Of a stretch of 64,000 nt of DNA, positions 32,301 through 42,901 are shown in pieces. The notes under the pieces were generated by a model. It did no database searches and was not told the DNA's origin. It saw nothing but the letters and a program-made list of their open reading frames with translations. Each line of letters opens with the position of its first letter. The stretch's first letter is position 1. Source of the stretch: Nitrospirota bacterium (GTDB taxonomy: Bacteria; Nitrospirota; UBA9217); contig CAWFSF010000006.1 of the NCBI GenBank assembly GCA_963818475.1, positions 1,600,001 through 1,664,000 of the forward strand, written 5' to 3'. A program made the position numbers and the translations under genes.

Positions 32301-35300
32301 AGTTGCCGTCACGGACGGTGAGCCAACCTCGTACTGGTCTACTATTTCGGCAAGATTCGATCCGGTCTGCGTTACCGTTCCTGCAAGCGAATAGACTCCG
32401 ACAGGTCCCGCAGTGGTTGTCGTGGTAAACAGATAGCTTTCGTTGGCCGGCACATCGACAAGTGCCGTATAAAGAACTTGATTGCCGGCCGTAAGCTGAA
32501 TACCGAGCGCCGATGCTGTGATAGATGCCAGGTTTCTCACTTCCCCGGTGATCGTCACCGTCTCGCCGGGTTTGTAAATCTTTTTGTCCGTGCTGAAGGA
32601 GAGTATGGTATTCCCCTGGATGACATAGAAGGGATATTCCGAGGTCGCGATGGTCTGCCCGGTGCTGGAGGTCAGCGTGCCCTGCAGGTAGAGCTTGCCG
32701 GGAACATCGAGCGTGCCGATCGAATTTGTAAGATTAGAAACCATGCCCTGCGCCAGATGTATCGGCGCGTCGGTCTGCCAGAGGACGTCTCCCGCGTAAT
32801 AACCATAGGTAACTTTAATATCGTTAAGAAGAGGAGTAGTTATCGTGTCTGTTGTCGCCAAAGCAGCTTCAACCTCGATCCAACGGCCATTCGGACTGGT
32901 TATAGCCGATCCACTGGCTGTGATATAGTCGCTCCACGTTGCGATGGACAATCCAGCGTCGGTGTCAGAACTGCGGGTGCGAAGCTTTATTGATGTGCCG
33001 AGCGGAGTAGTCGTATTGAAGGTTATATTTTCCCAATGAGACTGTTGGCCGCCGTCATATTTAGCGCGCCACGTACCGGATGAAGCATATTTTGTGTTGC
33101 GCGCAGTGAAGTTATCAAAACCTGCGCTTGCGTTTCCATTACTCCCCATCCACACCTTCATAAGAGGTCGCACCGGTTCCGCTGTAAAATTCGCTACGTT
33201 TCCAAGCATGACCCAATTTGTTCCATCATGGTAATACGTGCTAAGCTGGCTGCCTGTTCTGGCAATGCGCAGTTTTCCCGAAGTGTTAGAAGTGGGGACT
33301 TCATCCGTGTTTGCCATCACATCATTGACCTTGATACCTCGCAGATAAAATTCGCCGCTGCTGTTATGCATCCGTTTGATCATCGCAAAATTACCCGAGA
33401 ATTGACCCGCGTCCGCGACAATAGCCAATTCCGGTCCTGTATCTCCAGTGGCATTGGTGCTGAACTCGCTCCAATCAACCTGGATGTCAAAATCGTTCAA
33501 TAAGTAAGACCAGTTCTTTGTTTCTACGTTCTCGCCGTATAAACCGTTATTCACCTTGATATACAGCTTGCCGTTTTGGGTGACAAATGACCCCGAGTTA
33601 TTCCCCCACAGATCGAGCTTTTCCCATCGATCCATATTCAATACTCCGGGATCGTAATTGTCATTAGCCGGCAGCAGCCGCACGGAATCAACCGTCTCGT
33701 TCTTGGTTACAATCCTGCCGGAGTTGATCTTAAAATTATCAAATTTGGCGTTTGCCGAATATCCCTGCCCTCGCCATATCCATAATTGAACGGAGGGTTT
33801 GTCCGCAAACTGTGAATACGTCCTGCTTAACATTTGAGTCCAGCCGGAACCATTCCAGTAGTAAGTCGCAATATTGCTGCCCATTCTCGTAATCCTCAAG
33901 CGGCCGGAGGAAACATAGCTTCCCGCGCCCGCCGAAGCGACCCTGCTTCCGTTTATGTTAATACCGCTTGAATAGCCGCCCGATGACATATTTTTCACAA
34001 AGACCCAGTAAGTACTCGCATATAAAGCGAATTCAGGGCCCTCGTCCAGGGCACTGTTATTCGAATCAAAATCAACCTGAATATCGAAATCACCGTCAAG
34101 CTGCCATAAACTTTTCGCACCGGATGCAGTCGTAGCATCATTTATGTACAGTTTGCCCGACTGAATACTGACATTGCCCCACGAGGACCATTTATTGCTA
34201 TCAAGAGAAGTTTTGTCGAAATCATCATTCGGTATCAGCCAGTCATTCATGCCATATGTGTCTACACCGTTTCTAACCCCCTCTTGAAAATCGTTTTGAC
34301 TCGCCCAGGTCTTCGACTTCTGGCTGTCCCCTGCCGCAGTGACCTGTAAATGCAGGTTTCCATTCTGGAGCGCGGTGCCGGTGTTGGTGATCGCACCGTA
34401 GCTCGTGATATTTTCGGTCGTGAGATAGCTCGGCTTATCGGTCTGGGCTGACAGGCCGGCCTTGATGCCGGCAATCGTGAGGGGCATGCTCACAATTTCG
34501 GTCTTTCCGGTCGATTCATCTTTGTAATTCGCGATGATGCTGTAACTGCCGTCCACCGCGCCGATAGGAATGGCGAGGGATGGTGTAGCGGTCGATCCGG
34601 CCGGTACAATTTGGCTATTGCTTCCCGAGGAAATTAATGCGGCCTTTGAATCGAAGAGATCCAGCGTATACTGAACGGTAGTATCAACTCCCCCGGTGTT
34701 CGAAATAACGGGGCTGATGCTTCCGCCCGCAGTATATGCCGTTTGGTCGAGCGACAGAGACAAAGCGGATTCCGGTATTGTGAACTGCGCACTCTGGACG
34801 GTAGTCGATCCCGACGGCAGGGTGAGCGTTATGGTTGCCGTATGCTGCCCGGCAGTCATAGTATCAGGGATTGCAAAGGAAACCGGTATCTGAACACTTC
34901 CGGCACCCTCGCCCCCTGCGGGAGAGGGGGGAAGCGTTATTGTTTTCGTAAAACCCGCATCCGGGACAGCAAGCGTGATCGTCATGCCCTCCTGGCTGAA
35001 ATTTCCCGTATTGCTCAGGCTGGTCACGAGATTCGCCGTTTCCCTGATCTTGTACGATGCCTTGTCGAACATCATGGTAGCGTTCACCGTGTTCGGCAGC
35101 TGGATCGTCATCGCCTGCCCGTCCATCGTTTCATCGCTCTGCGTATATGTGAGCGTGTATGCGCCGAACTTAATCGCAGGTAGCGATGGGTCATAAGCAA
35201 GAGTTTTGGTCTCACTTGTTCCCAAACTAAACGACTGCGTCGCGCTGGATATCACCTGGCCGTCGGGGTCCGTGAGGATCACGTTGAGCGCACCGGAGGA

Positions 35301-37133
35301 TACGGCGTATGTGCCAGTGTTCGCAAGGTTGAAGGAGACAGTGTTTGCGCCGGTGATGAATGCGGCGGGCAATACGGGGGTCACTGATATCTGGCTCGTG
35401 AATATGCCGAAGTTGGTCGATACATCCCCTAGTTTCGCCGCGTTTGCGTCATAGACCTCCGCCAGGACCGTGTAGAAACCGCGCTGGGGATTTGCGGGCA
35501 GCGCAAAGTTGAGGCTCTGGACAGTCGGGCTTTTTGCGATCAGGCTCAGGTCCAGGCTCGTGTCGAATACGCTCGCGCCGGAGGGATCGCTTACCCGCAC
35601 TTTCAACGTGACCGGATATCCGATCGAGCGATTGTTCCGGATGGTGATGGAAACGCCGGCGGTGTCGCCTTTTCTGTAGATCGCCTTGTCGGTCTGGGCA
35701 AAGACATTCACGAACGCGGGAGGGGTCTTGGACATCATGGGGTTGTAGATCAGGACCCCTCCGGCTGCCAGATCGCCGGTGATGGGCACGTTCCAGTATA
35801 CGTCCCCAGTGGGTCCAGCGGGGGTCCCGACGGTGATGGTTCCGGGATTGACGCCCGTGATCTTGTACGAGCCGTCAGCAGCGGAAATCGCCTGAAGGGT
35901 GTAGATACCCGAAGTCGCCTGTACGGTTACGCCCGCGAAGGGGATATTATTATCAGCATTCCAAACAATGCCCATGACAGTGCCGGATATGGGATTGACG
36001 GACATGCCGACCTTGCCGAGGTTGATGAAGGTGCCTGCGCTGATGGATGCGGTGACGGTGAGCGGCGAATATCCGGCCAAGGAAAGGGTTATCTGCCGGC
36101 TGCCGACCGGGATGCCGGAGAGCGCGAACATGCCGCTTGCGTTCGATGTGGCGGTGTATGATGGATCACCGGTGAGCTGAATGCTGACGCCTGATAGTAG
36201 CGTATTAGTCGTTGCATCTACGATTGTGCCCATAACCGAGCCGGTTGTTGCTGCGGGCGGCGGCGAGGCGGGTATGTGCTCGGAGAGATAGAGCGCCTTG
36301 AGCGCAAGGGCAGTGCTGTAAGGATCGTCGTTCCAGGAACCATTGGATGATTGCGTGGTTGTGAGGTAGTTCAGGGCATTGCCGAGGATCGTCGCGTCGG
36401 TTGATATGCCGACTAATGCGGAATACGCGAGAGATGTTTCATACACAGTGGACGAAGGGTATCCGAACCCACCGTCCGTGTTCTGATGGCTGGAGAGATA
36501 TGCTGTGGCTTTGGTGATGGCTGTGGCAAGGGTCGTGGTCTGGGGAAATTGCTGGAGCGTGGCGGAGACGATGGCGGTCATGTAGACGCTGCTGGAATTA
36601 TCCTTAAAGAAACCCCATCCGCCGTCTGTATTTTGACTATTCGTGAGATAGGCGAGTGCGGTGTTGCTTACTGAGAGGTCGGGGTAGTTCGCGGCCTTGA
36701 GGGCGTGGAGGGCGAGGGCGGTGTCGAGATTATCGCCGAGGTAAGAGTTCTCCCCACCCCATCCGCCGTTAGAATTGCGATACAGGAGCAGAACTTCCAA
36801 TTCGCTTGATATCTCCAGCCCTGCCCGCTTGAGTGCAATGATGCGACGGGAGAGGTAATCCGTCGGGGAAACCATCTGTCCGGTCATCCACTGAAAAGCG
36901 GTCGTATACGCAGGGCTTGACGGTTCGATGGCATAGACCGCGTCGAGTGACGCTGCCGTGGAGTAATATTCCGTGTTATCAACTTCCAACCAGTTACCCG
37001 AGGATGTCTGGGCCGATGTGAGCCAGGAAATGCCACTAGTAATTTGCGGCGCCCCCGCAATGGAAAGAGAGGCAGAGAATAATATTAAAAATGAGGCGAC
37101 GCAAAGACCGAAGCAAGGTGACCTTCTCAACAT
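29393..37133 (-). CDS. Giant (~2,580 aa) secreted multidomain protein: prenyltransferase/squalene-oxidase-type repeats, carboxypeptidase-regulatory-like and Ig/CARDB-like domains, two ConA/LamG-like repeats, five FN3/Ig-like repeats (one frameshift near 31185)
   Basis: SD AGGAGG and signal peptide; five QxxxGxW-type repeats; the repeat unit continues across ORFs 31176-37151 and 29393-31585 (NTANDAP...WRARA). Confidence 0.8.
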
Positions 37134-37309
37134 GTTTCCTCCTAACAACACTTAGCTTATGATGGAGAATAAATAAAACATTTATATTGTCACGATCCTT
37201 GCTGATCATAAATTCAAGGTCTGAAAACCATTTCAGCAATACAACGCCTGCATCAAAGTCCTCTTTGAATGCAATTCTATTGATAGCAGCAATTTTATTT
37301 CTATCAATA

Positions 37310-38389
37310 TTACTTGCGATCTAAAGCAGCTTTTAATTCTTTTTCATATTCCAGGATTACAGTAACATTGTCTTTTTCTATTTTATTTAAACCTGATTCT
37401 TTAAAGTCAGGCCTCGGCTTGTACCAATCGTATTTTCTAAAATATTTATCAAGCGCTGGATCTTTGAAGATCATTCCATGATAGGCATAAATCGTATTTC
37501 TTAATATCTTTAGCTGCCAAGAAGAGAGAAGTTCCAATTGTGAACGTTCAACAATCTTTTCGGAGTATGCTGGTCCATCCCAAGCCTCCCAATTCGACGT
37601 TACTAAGAATTTGAGGTTTTCATTTTCTTTTGGTTCAATATCTTTAAGAGTATATTCATATTCGTACTCGCCCAGACGCCTAAACTCGAATTTTCTGATA
37701 TTCTGTTCATTTCCGTTCTCGGTAAAGGCAACATCGAGCAGCGTAACCCTAGGAGATGCCTTTACAATAAATCGTGCTTTCCCGATCGTCCCTTTCCAGC
37801 TTTTTCCAGTGCCATACAAATATTCACCTTTATCTTCATGGCGACCACCATATGGTCCCGTGAATTTAACGCGTGTTAATGTTTTTGCATTCCCCTTGAA
37901 TGTAACGTTTTTTACGAGCCAGTGTGTTTCCTCGAGCGGTCCAGATAAGTCTCCTTTTCTTATTTGCGCCATCTGTGCTGAATCTACTTTTTTACGACTA
38001 ATCGTCATCTCACCAGGCATTTCCTTAACATCAACTTTATCGCCGTCAACCCATGTTTCAAAGCTATTAAAATTTATGACACCTCTGAAACCAGGCATAT
38101 AGCCGTAACCACTTTTCGGAAAACCTACTTGAGCGTTCATAGTTTTTCCATAATTAAAAAACTCAAAAGTAGCATCAACAGTATAGGTCTTCTTATGGAG
38201 CTCAATTCTGACAGCCTCAGACTCCATTCTTATAGGCGTTGAATCTCCATCGTACAATTTCAATCCACCACCATATACTTTCAGTAAAGCATCATCGCAT
38301 AAAGCAGGTGATGAAAGCAGTACTATGAGACACATTAAAATTATCCATTGGAATTGACGCAAACATCTAAATAATATATTTGACTGCAT
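37310..38389 (-). CDS. Exported DUF4424-like + YARHG-domain protein
   Basis: Signal peptide; IRMESEAV, YLYGTGKSWKGTIG; C-terminal LRNTIYAYHG..F....YF..YDWY.P (YARHG); AT-rich. Confidence 0.8.
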   Translation of the reverse strand: MQSNILFRCLRQFQWIILMCLIVLLSSPALCDDALLKVYGGGLKLYDGDSTPIRMESEAVRIELHKKTYTVDATFEFFNYGKTMNAQVGFPKSGYGYMPGFRGVINFNSFETWVDGDKVDVKEMPGEMTISRKKVDSAQMAQIRKGDLSGPLEETHWLVKNVTFKGNAKTLTRVKFTGPYGGRHEDKGEYLYGTGKSWKGTIGKARFIVKASPRVTLLDVAFTENGNEQNIRKFEFRRLGEYEYEYTLKDIEPKENENLKFLVTSNWEAWDGPAYSEKIVERSQLELLSSWQLKILRNTIYAYHGMIFKDPALDKYFRKYDWYKPRPDFKESGLNKIEKDNVTVILEYEKELKAALDRK

Positions 38390-38467
38390 AAACCCTCCAA
38401 ATTGCTATTGCCTATTCAGGCCAATCTGACAAAAAAACAGTTTACCACATGTAGACAATATTGCACG

Positions 38468-41400
38468 TTAGTCTTGTATTTCAACTGCATCAGGTACGGG
38501 CCTTCCGATATCGGCCGTAATCCCGCCGGCGCCTGTAAAAGCAGGATGATTCGTATAAGTAATCACAACCTTCTTAAGGCTATCCCCGTTTTTGAAATGT
38601 GAGCTAGTTGCGTGGATAACCGTGTCATCTACAACAATTTCACCTGTATACAGCTTCCCGTAATATATTCCTGTATGTCCATAATTATCACTCCAAAGGA
38701 TATCGCCATCTAATTTTTCATCGTACGGGTGGGTCATCTTTTTATTCAGCAGATACTGATGCTGCCCACTTGCGGTACGTCTTATTCCTCCGAACATTTG
38801 CGTACCATATACAGCAGTAAATACATAATGAACAAGACCGGAGCAATCAAATCCAGTATCTGGATCTGAACCTGCCCTAACATACGGGGTTTCCAATTGA
38901 GCCATTGCATACATAACAATCATTGTTCTACCAAAAATCGTTTTTAGCGCTGAACCGTCACCCCAGAAAAACTGAAAAGGGTCTCTCACAGTTCTAGTTG
39001 GTTGTCGCGTAGTATTTCCGCCTGCTGTACCACTACTGATCATATAACTAGCCGCTCCCGTCGATGGATCGAGAACTATATAACCGATGCCGTTCCAGCC
39101 TTCGTATTGCACGTACGTCTGTGAGACAATGACTTTTTTCTCAGCGTTGACAGCATTCCTGATAGCATCTGAGACTTCCGCAGAAACCTGTATTTGCGTT
39201 AATGTCGTGGATATATTACCGCTATCTATAGTATAAACCGGCACACCTTGCTGATTGGCCAATCTGAGCAACCTTGCTGCCGAAACGGACGGAATATCAT
39301 AAAAAGCTTGCAACACCCTGTCTTCCCATGCAGAGCTTCCGAGTCCTGAAACAATCATAAAATCTCTTGCGCGGTCTTGGCTACCGTCGTATGAAAAAGG
39401 CAAATATTCATTTTTGTCGACATCAATGCCAATTCCACCTTCCGAAATATTGTAAGGTACACCAAAGAGCGAATTCGTGACTGCATGGGAAGTAATCATT
39501 GCCTCAGAAATCCCTTTTACCACAATCATCTGAAAATTCTTAGCATAGAGTTCTTCTTCGAAATTGAGATGATGGAAATACGATATCCCGACGTTATAAA
39601 GCATCTGTCCTAGCAAGTCATCGAGATTAGAACTTCCGATGTTGTTTATAAGTGTCTCCATTTTATCGCCTGCCTGCGTAACAGGAACCTTCTGGGATAA
39701 AATGGCAATTGCCGAATAATCCCCTGTCGTCACTTTATTCGCAACAAATTCCGTTCCTAAATTGGGTATCGTGAAAGTCATATTGAATGTCTGTTCGTGG
39801 CCTAGACCAACCGGATTGCCCGTTGCTAACGTTACGCCATTAATCTTCAATACCACCGTGACATTCAATAAATATGGTGGAACGCTAAGAAGCGTACCAT
39901 ACTGATTTACGAGTAATTCATCTGCCTTTGTGGCGGGAACATATGAAAGAGTTATTCTCTTTCCAGACATCCTGGGATGTTGCCGCCGGGGAATTCGCAT
40001 CGATATAATCGATCAATCTTTTGCTATAATATTGATATGGGCTAATTGTATATGCGGGAAATACGGATTGTAATTCTGGTAGAAGCGTCAGAGACGAAGT
40101 GTCTGCTATGTAATCCTGAATATACTTCACTCCATTAATTTCCATTGCGGCATACAAATCCATGCCACGTTTATAGTCATATTGTTTATAGCTCGCATCA
40201 AGCGGTATCCAAGTATCACCTTGACGATGGACGGCACCACGGCTCGGGATATAGTCGATGAACGCGCTCACGTAAACATGTTCGAGCTGAACAGCCTTAT
40301 ATGTTCCGCCGGAAACAAGCATTTTAGCCGGAATGCCATTAGTGGCGAGAATCGTCCCGACCATCTTCGGATCGGTCACGCCGCCGACCCAGTTCATGGC
40401 TTGTTCGATCGGGATTTCGACTGTGGAATATTCGTAGTGGGAGTAGACACCGGACACGCGGAGCAGAGCAATGAGCAGTGATGCCGTGTCCATATCGTTG
40501 CATATCTTTGACTGGAGGCACTGGTCCGCGCCCTGGATGCTGCCGTAGGTGGGTGCATATTCGATATTATTGCGCACCCATTCGTAGATTTTGAGCGGTT
40601 TTCCACCCAGTTCCTGCGCCTTGGCGCGGATGGCGTCGGTAAATTGTACGTCTGGCGTTTCCGCTAAGTCTTCAGCGGAGGGTTGGACTGTCGCTTGCGC
40701 GAGGAGAAATTGTGATGAATCGGCGAAGGCTACCTGCGAAATTGCCCCCTCACCCCAGCCCTCTCCCACGCTGGGGAGAGGGAGGTTGTTCCCTGCGGTT
40801 CGAGGAAGCTGGAAGGGAGCGTCGCTGGCGATGTCGTTGTAAGCCAATACGATCGATTTTTGCCTGGTTCTTTCACGCAGACTGTAGTCTGCGGCTACAA
40901 TATTACGCAATCCAGCGGGTCTTCTTCCGCTGTGGAAAGTCTCTCTCGAATTCTTCTTTTTTGAGTCTCGGTTCGCGCATCTTCCCTGCAGTCCGCGCTC
41001 TGAAAGGGAGATTATTCGGGTCGAGCTTCTGGTGCCTTGATGGCGCTTTGACCTTTTCAAGATGCAGCCTTGCTGTTTCAATTTTGGCCTTGCGGTCTGA
41101 TCTTGGTCTTTGCCAGCTCGATACCGTCGAGGTTCGCCCTCAGCTCTTTCAGATTATTTTCATAGTGTTTTACGAATTTATAATGCCGGTCGAGGATCTC
41201 TTTCGGAAGCTTTGCGTCTTTAAGCTTCTTCTCCGTGGCGCTGAATTCTTTTTTGAACTCAACATCCGCAGAGTCGATCTCAGCCCTCTTCGTCTTGATA
41301 GATTCCCGTTCCTGCGTATCGTCTTCGCCTTTGTCTTCTTTATCCCTGGCCTTGTCAACATTCTCCCGGATCCCGTCGAGGGCTTTTTCAAACCGTTCCT

Positions 41401-41573
41401 CGGGCCGTCCTTGCCCCTTGCTATTTGCTACTTGATCCTGACCTGGTTCCCGACTTGCGCGCCTCCGGCTCTGCCGCATACGCAACCGCCTGCCATAACG
41501 GCAAAAAACTCCAGCAGAAAAAGAAAAGCGTAATGGCTGAGATGTTTCTTAAGACACGATGGAACGTCCGCAT
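38468..41573 (-). CDS. Secreted transglutaminase-like-domain protein with C-terminal NlpC/P60 peptidase domain (~1,030 aa, several frameshifts)
   Basis: SD GGAGG plus MRTFHRVLRNISAITLFFFCWSFL..AVAYA signal; IYEWVRNNIEY.PTYGS.QGA, DTASLLIALLR, EHVYV, WIPLD; tip PYV.AG...GFDCSGLV...GHTGIY...IHA. Confidence 0.8.
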
Positions 41574-41666
41574 GATTCCTCCACTGATAGGGTGCTGCAA
41601 AAATACGATAACGCTACTAAATACTAGAAAATGTGCATCAAGGTAGCATGGTCTTTGTTACTTGTC

Positions 41667-41686
41667 ACCTGTCAGAAGTGACAGGT
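41667..41686 (-). promoter_or_regulatory. lux-box-like 20-bp palindrome at class II activator position
   Basis: ACCTGTCA-GAAG-TGACAGGT; on the minus strand TG-c-TACCTT (-10 at 41645-41640) places its centre at about -43. Confidence 0.55.
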
Positions 41687-41902
41687 ATGCAGATATCCTT
41701 CGGAGTACGCCCATTGAGTTGAAATTCCGAGGCGGACACGGCATATACCATCTTCAGATTACAATAGGTATATGCGTATCGCAGTGCAGCTGTTGTATCA
41801 TGGATTACCGTTGCGGTCAATACCCTGAAAATACCCTGAGCCGGGCTATGGAGGTGATAATAATTGCAGTTATAGATGAACTACGATGGGGAATTTACTT
41901 CA

Positions 41903-41942
41903 ATAAAAAAAGGCCCTCTCGGAAAACCGGAGGGCACTTGCT
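41903..41942. repeat. Degenerate copy of the 29261/42902 terminator hairpin
   Basis: ATAAAAAAAGGCCCTCTCGGAAAACCGGAGGGCACTTGCT. Confidence 0.7.
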
Positions 41943-42054
41943 CTTGGGAACAGTCAAATGTATCTCATGGGGTCGTTCTATCCAAGGCGATTCTCCATGC
42001 TGCGCCGGAGGGGATTCCTATTGCTTCGGTCGGGGTAATGAGAATCGCCTCACA

Positions 42055-42453
42055 TTACCTTTGAAAAAGACTTAGAGGTGAATAACGCGCGATGGAAATA
42101 AAATGAGCGTCTAATGTGAAAACAGGCACTTTGTTCGCAATGGCGATTTCGCCGATCAACAAATCCACGGTTCCAACGGTAATCCCATGCTGAGAGAGAA
42201 CATAACCGAGCTCACCTGCCGCCTTAAAGTACTCATCCTTTACGGTTAAACACTCAATCGACGACAAAAGATCATCAAGAACCGCTGTCTCTTTCTTCGA
42301 TTTTGCACCTCGATACAACTCTGTGGCGATGATCCCCGTATAAACAGGAGCCCCTGTTCTGAGCAACTGTTTAACCGCCATTGACACGCTTGCATTGGCG
42401 TCCCTGAAAAAAGCGATCCAGACAGAAGTATCGACAAGTATTTTACCGCTCAT
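42055..42453 (-). CDS. vapC: PIN-domain toxin VapC
   Basis: ILVDTSVWI, E, DLLI, TLDAHF acidic PIN residues. Confidence 0.92.
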   Translation of the reverse strand: MSGKILVDTSVWIAFFRDANASVSMAVKQLLRTGAPVYTGIIATELYRGAKSKKETAVLDDLLSSIECLTVKDEYFKAAGELGYVLSQHGITVGTVDLLIGEIAIANKVPVFTLDAHFISIARYSPLSLFQR

Positions 42454-42637
42454 GCCGTGACTTCTCCCAATCAGGAGAAAAATGTAGCTTTCCCTCCATA
42501 CTGATAATATCTTCGAGCTTTTTGCGGCGGATATAGTCCTCCAGAGCGGTAACAATAGCGGCGGTCTTTGTCTTACTCTTGGACAGCTTCATGGTCTTTT
42601 TAACCAGGTCATCAGGTATGTTAAGCGTCGTTTTCAT
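42443..42637 (-). CDS. vapB: VapB-family antitoxin
   Basis: MKTTLNIPDDL...TKT.AI..ALE; overlaps vapC start; promoter TTGACG-17-TAAAGT (42696-42668). Confidence 0.9.
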   Translation of the reverse strand: MKTTLNIPDDLVKKTMKLSKSKTKTAAIVTALEDYIRRKKLEDIISMEGKLHFSPDWEKSRHER

Positions 42638-42809
42638 AGCACCTCCATTACGCATTTCAATACGGTCACTTTACCAACAATTGTCCATACCGTCAATCAA
42701 TTTCATCCATATTTAATCTTTTACCTGCATGACTGTTCATAACTGCTTCGGTCAAGGATATCAGGGTTTTGGGCGGGGTTAATTTCAAGGTATGCCTTTT
42801 ACTACGGCT

Positions 42810-42837
42810 GGAGTAATGGGAATCGCCCCATTACTTC
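42810..42837. repeat. 11-6-11 palindrome; degenerate direct-repeat partner at 42032-42059
   Basis: GGAGTAATGGG-AATCGC-CCCATTACTTC versus GGGGTAATGAG-AATCGC-CTCACATTACC. Confidence 0.65.
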
Positions 42838-42901
42838 TGAACATCCGTAAAACGTATTTTTCTCAATGGACGAACTAAAAGTGGAAGTTTCACCTCAAAA
42901 T

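Noticed and set aside
41411-41460. Phase variation by heptamer slippage at the first frame break of the transglutaminase-like gene
   Set aside because: Units are imperfect and the window has many unrelated indels; cannot be separated from sequencing error
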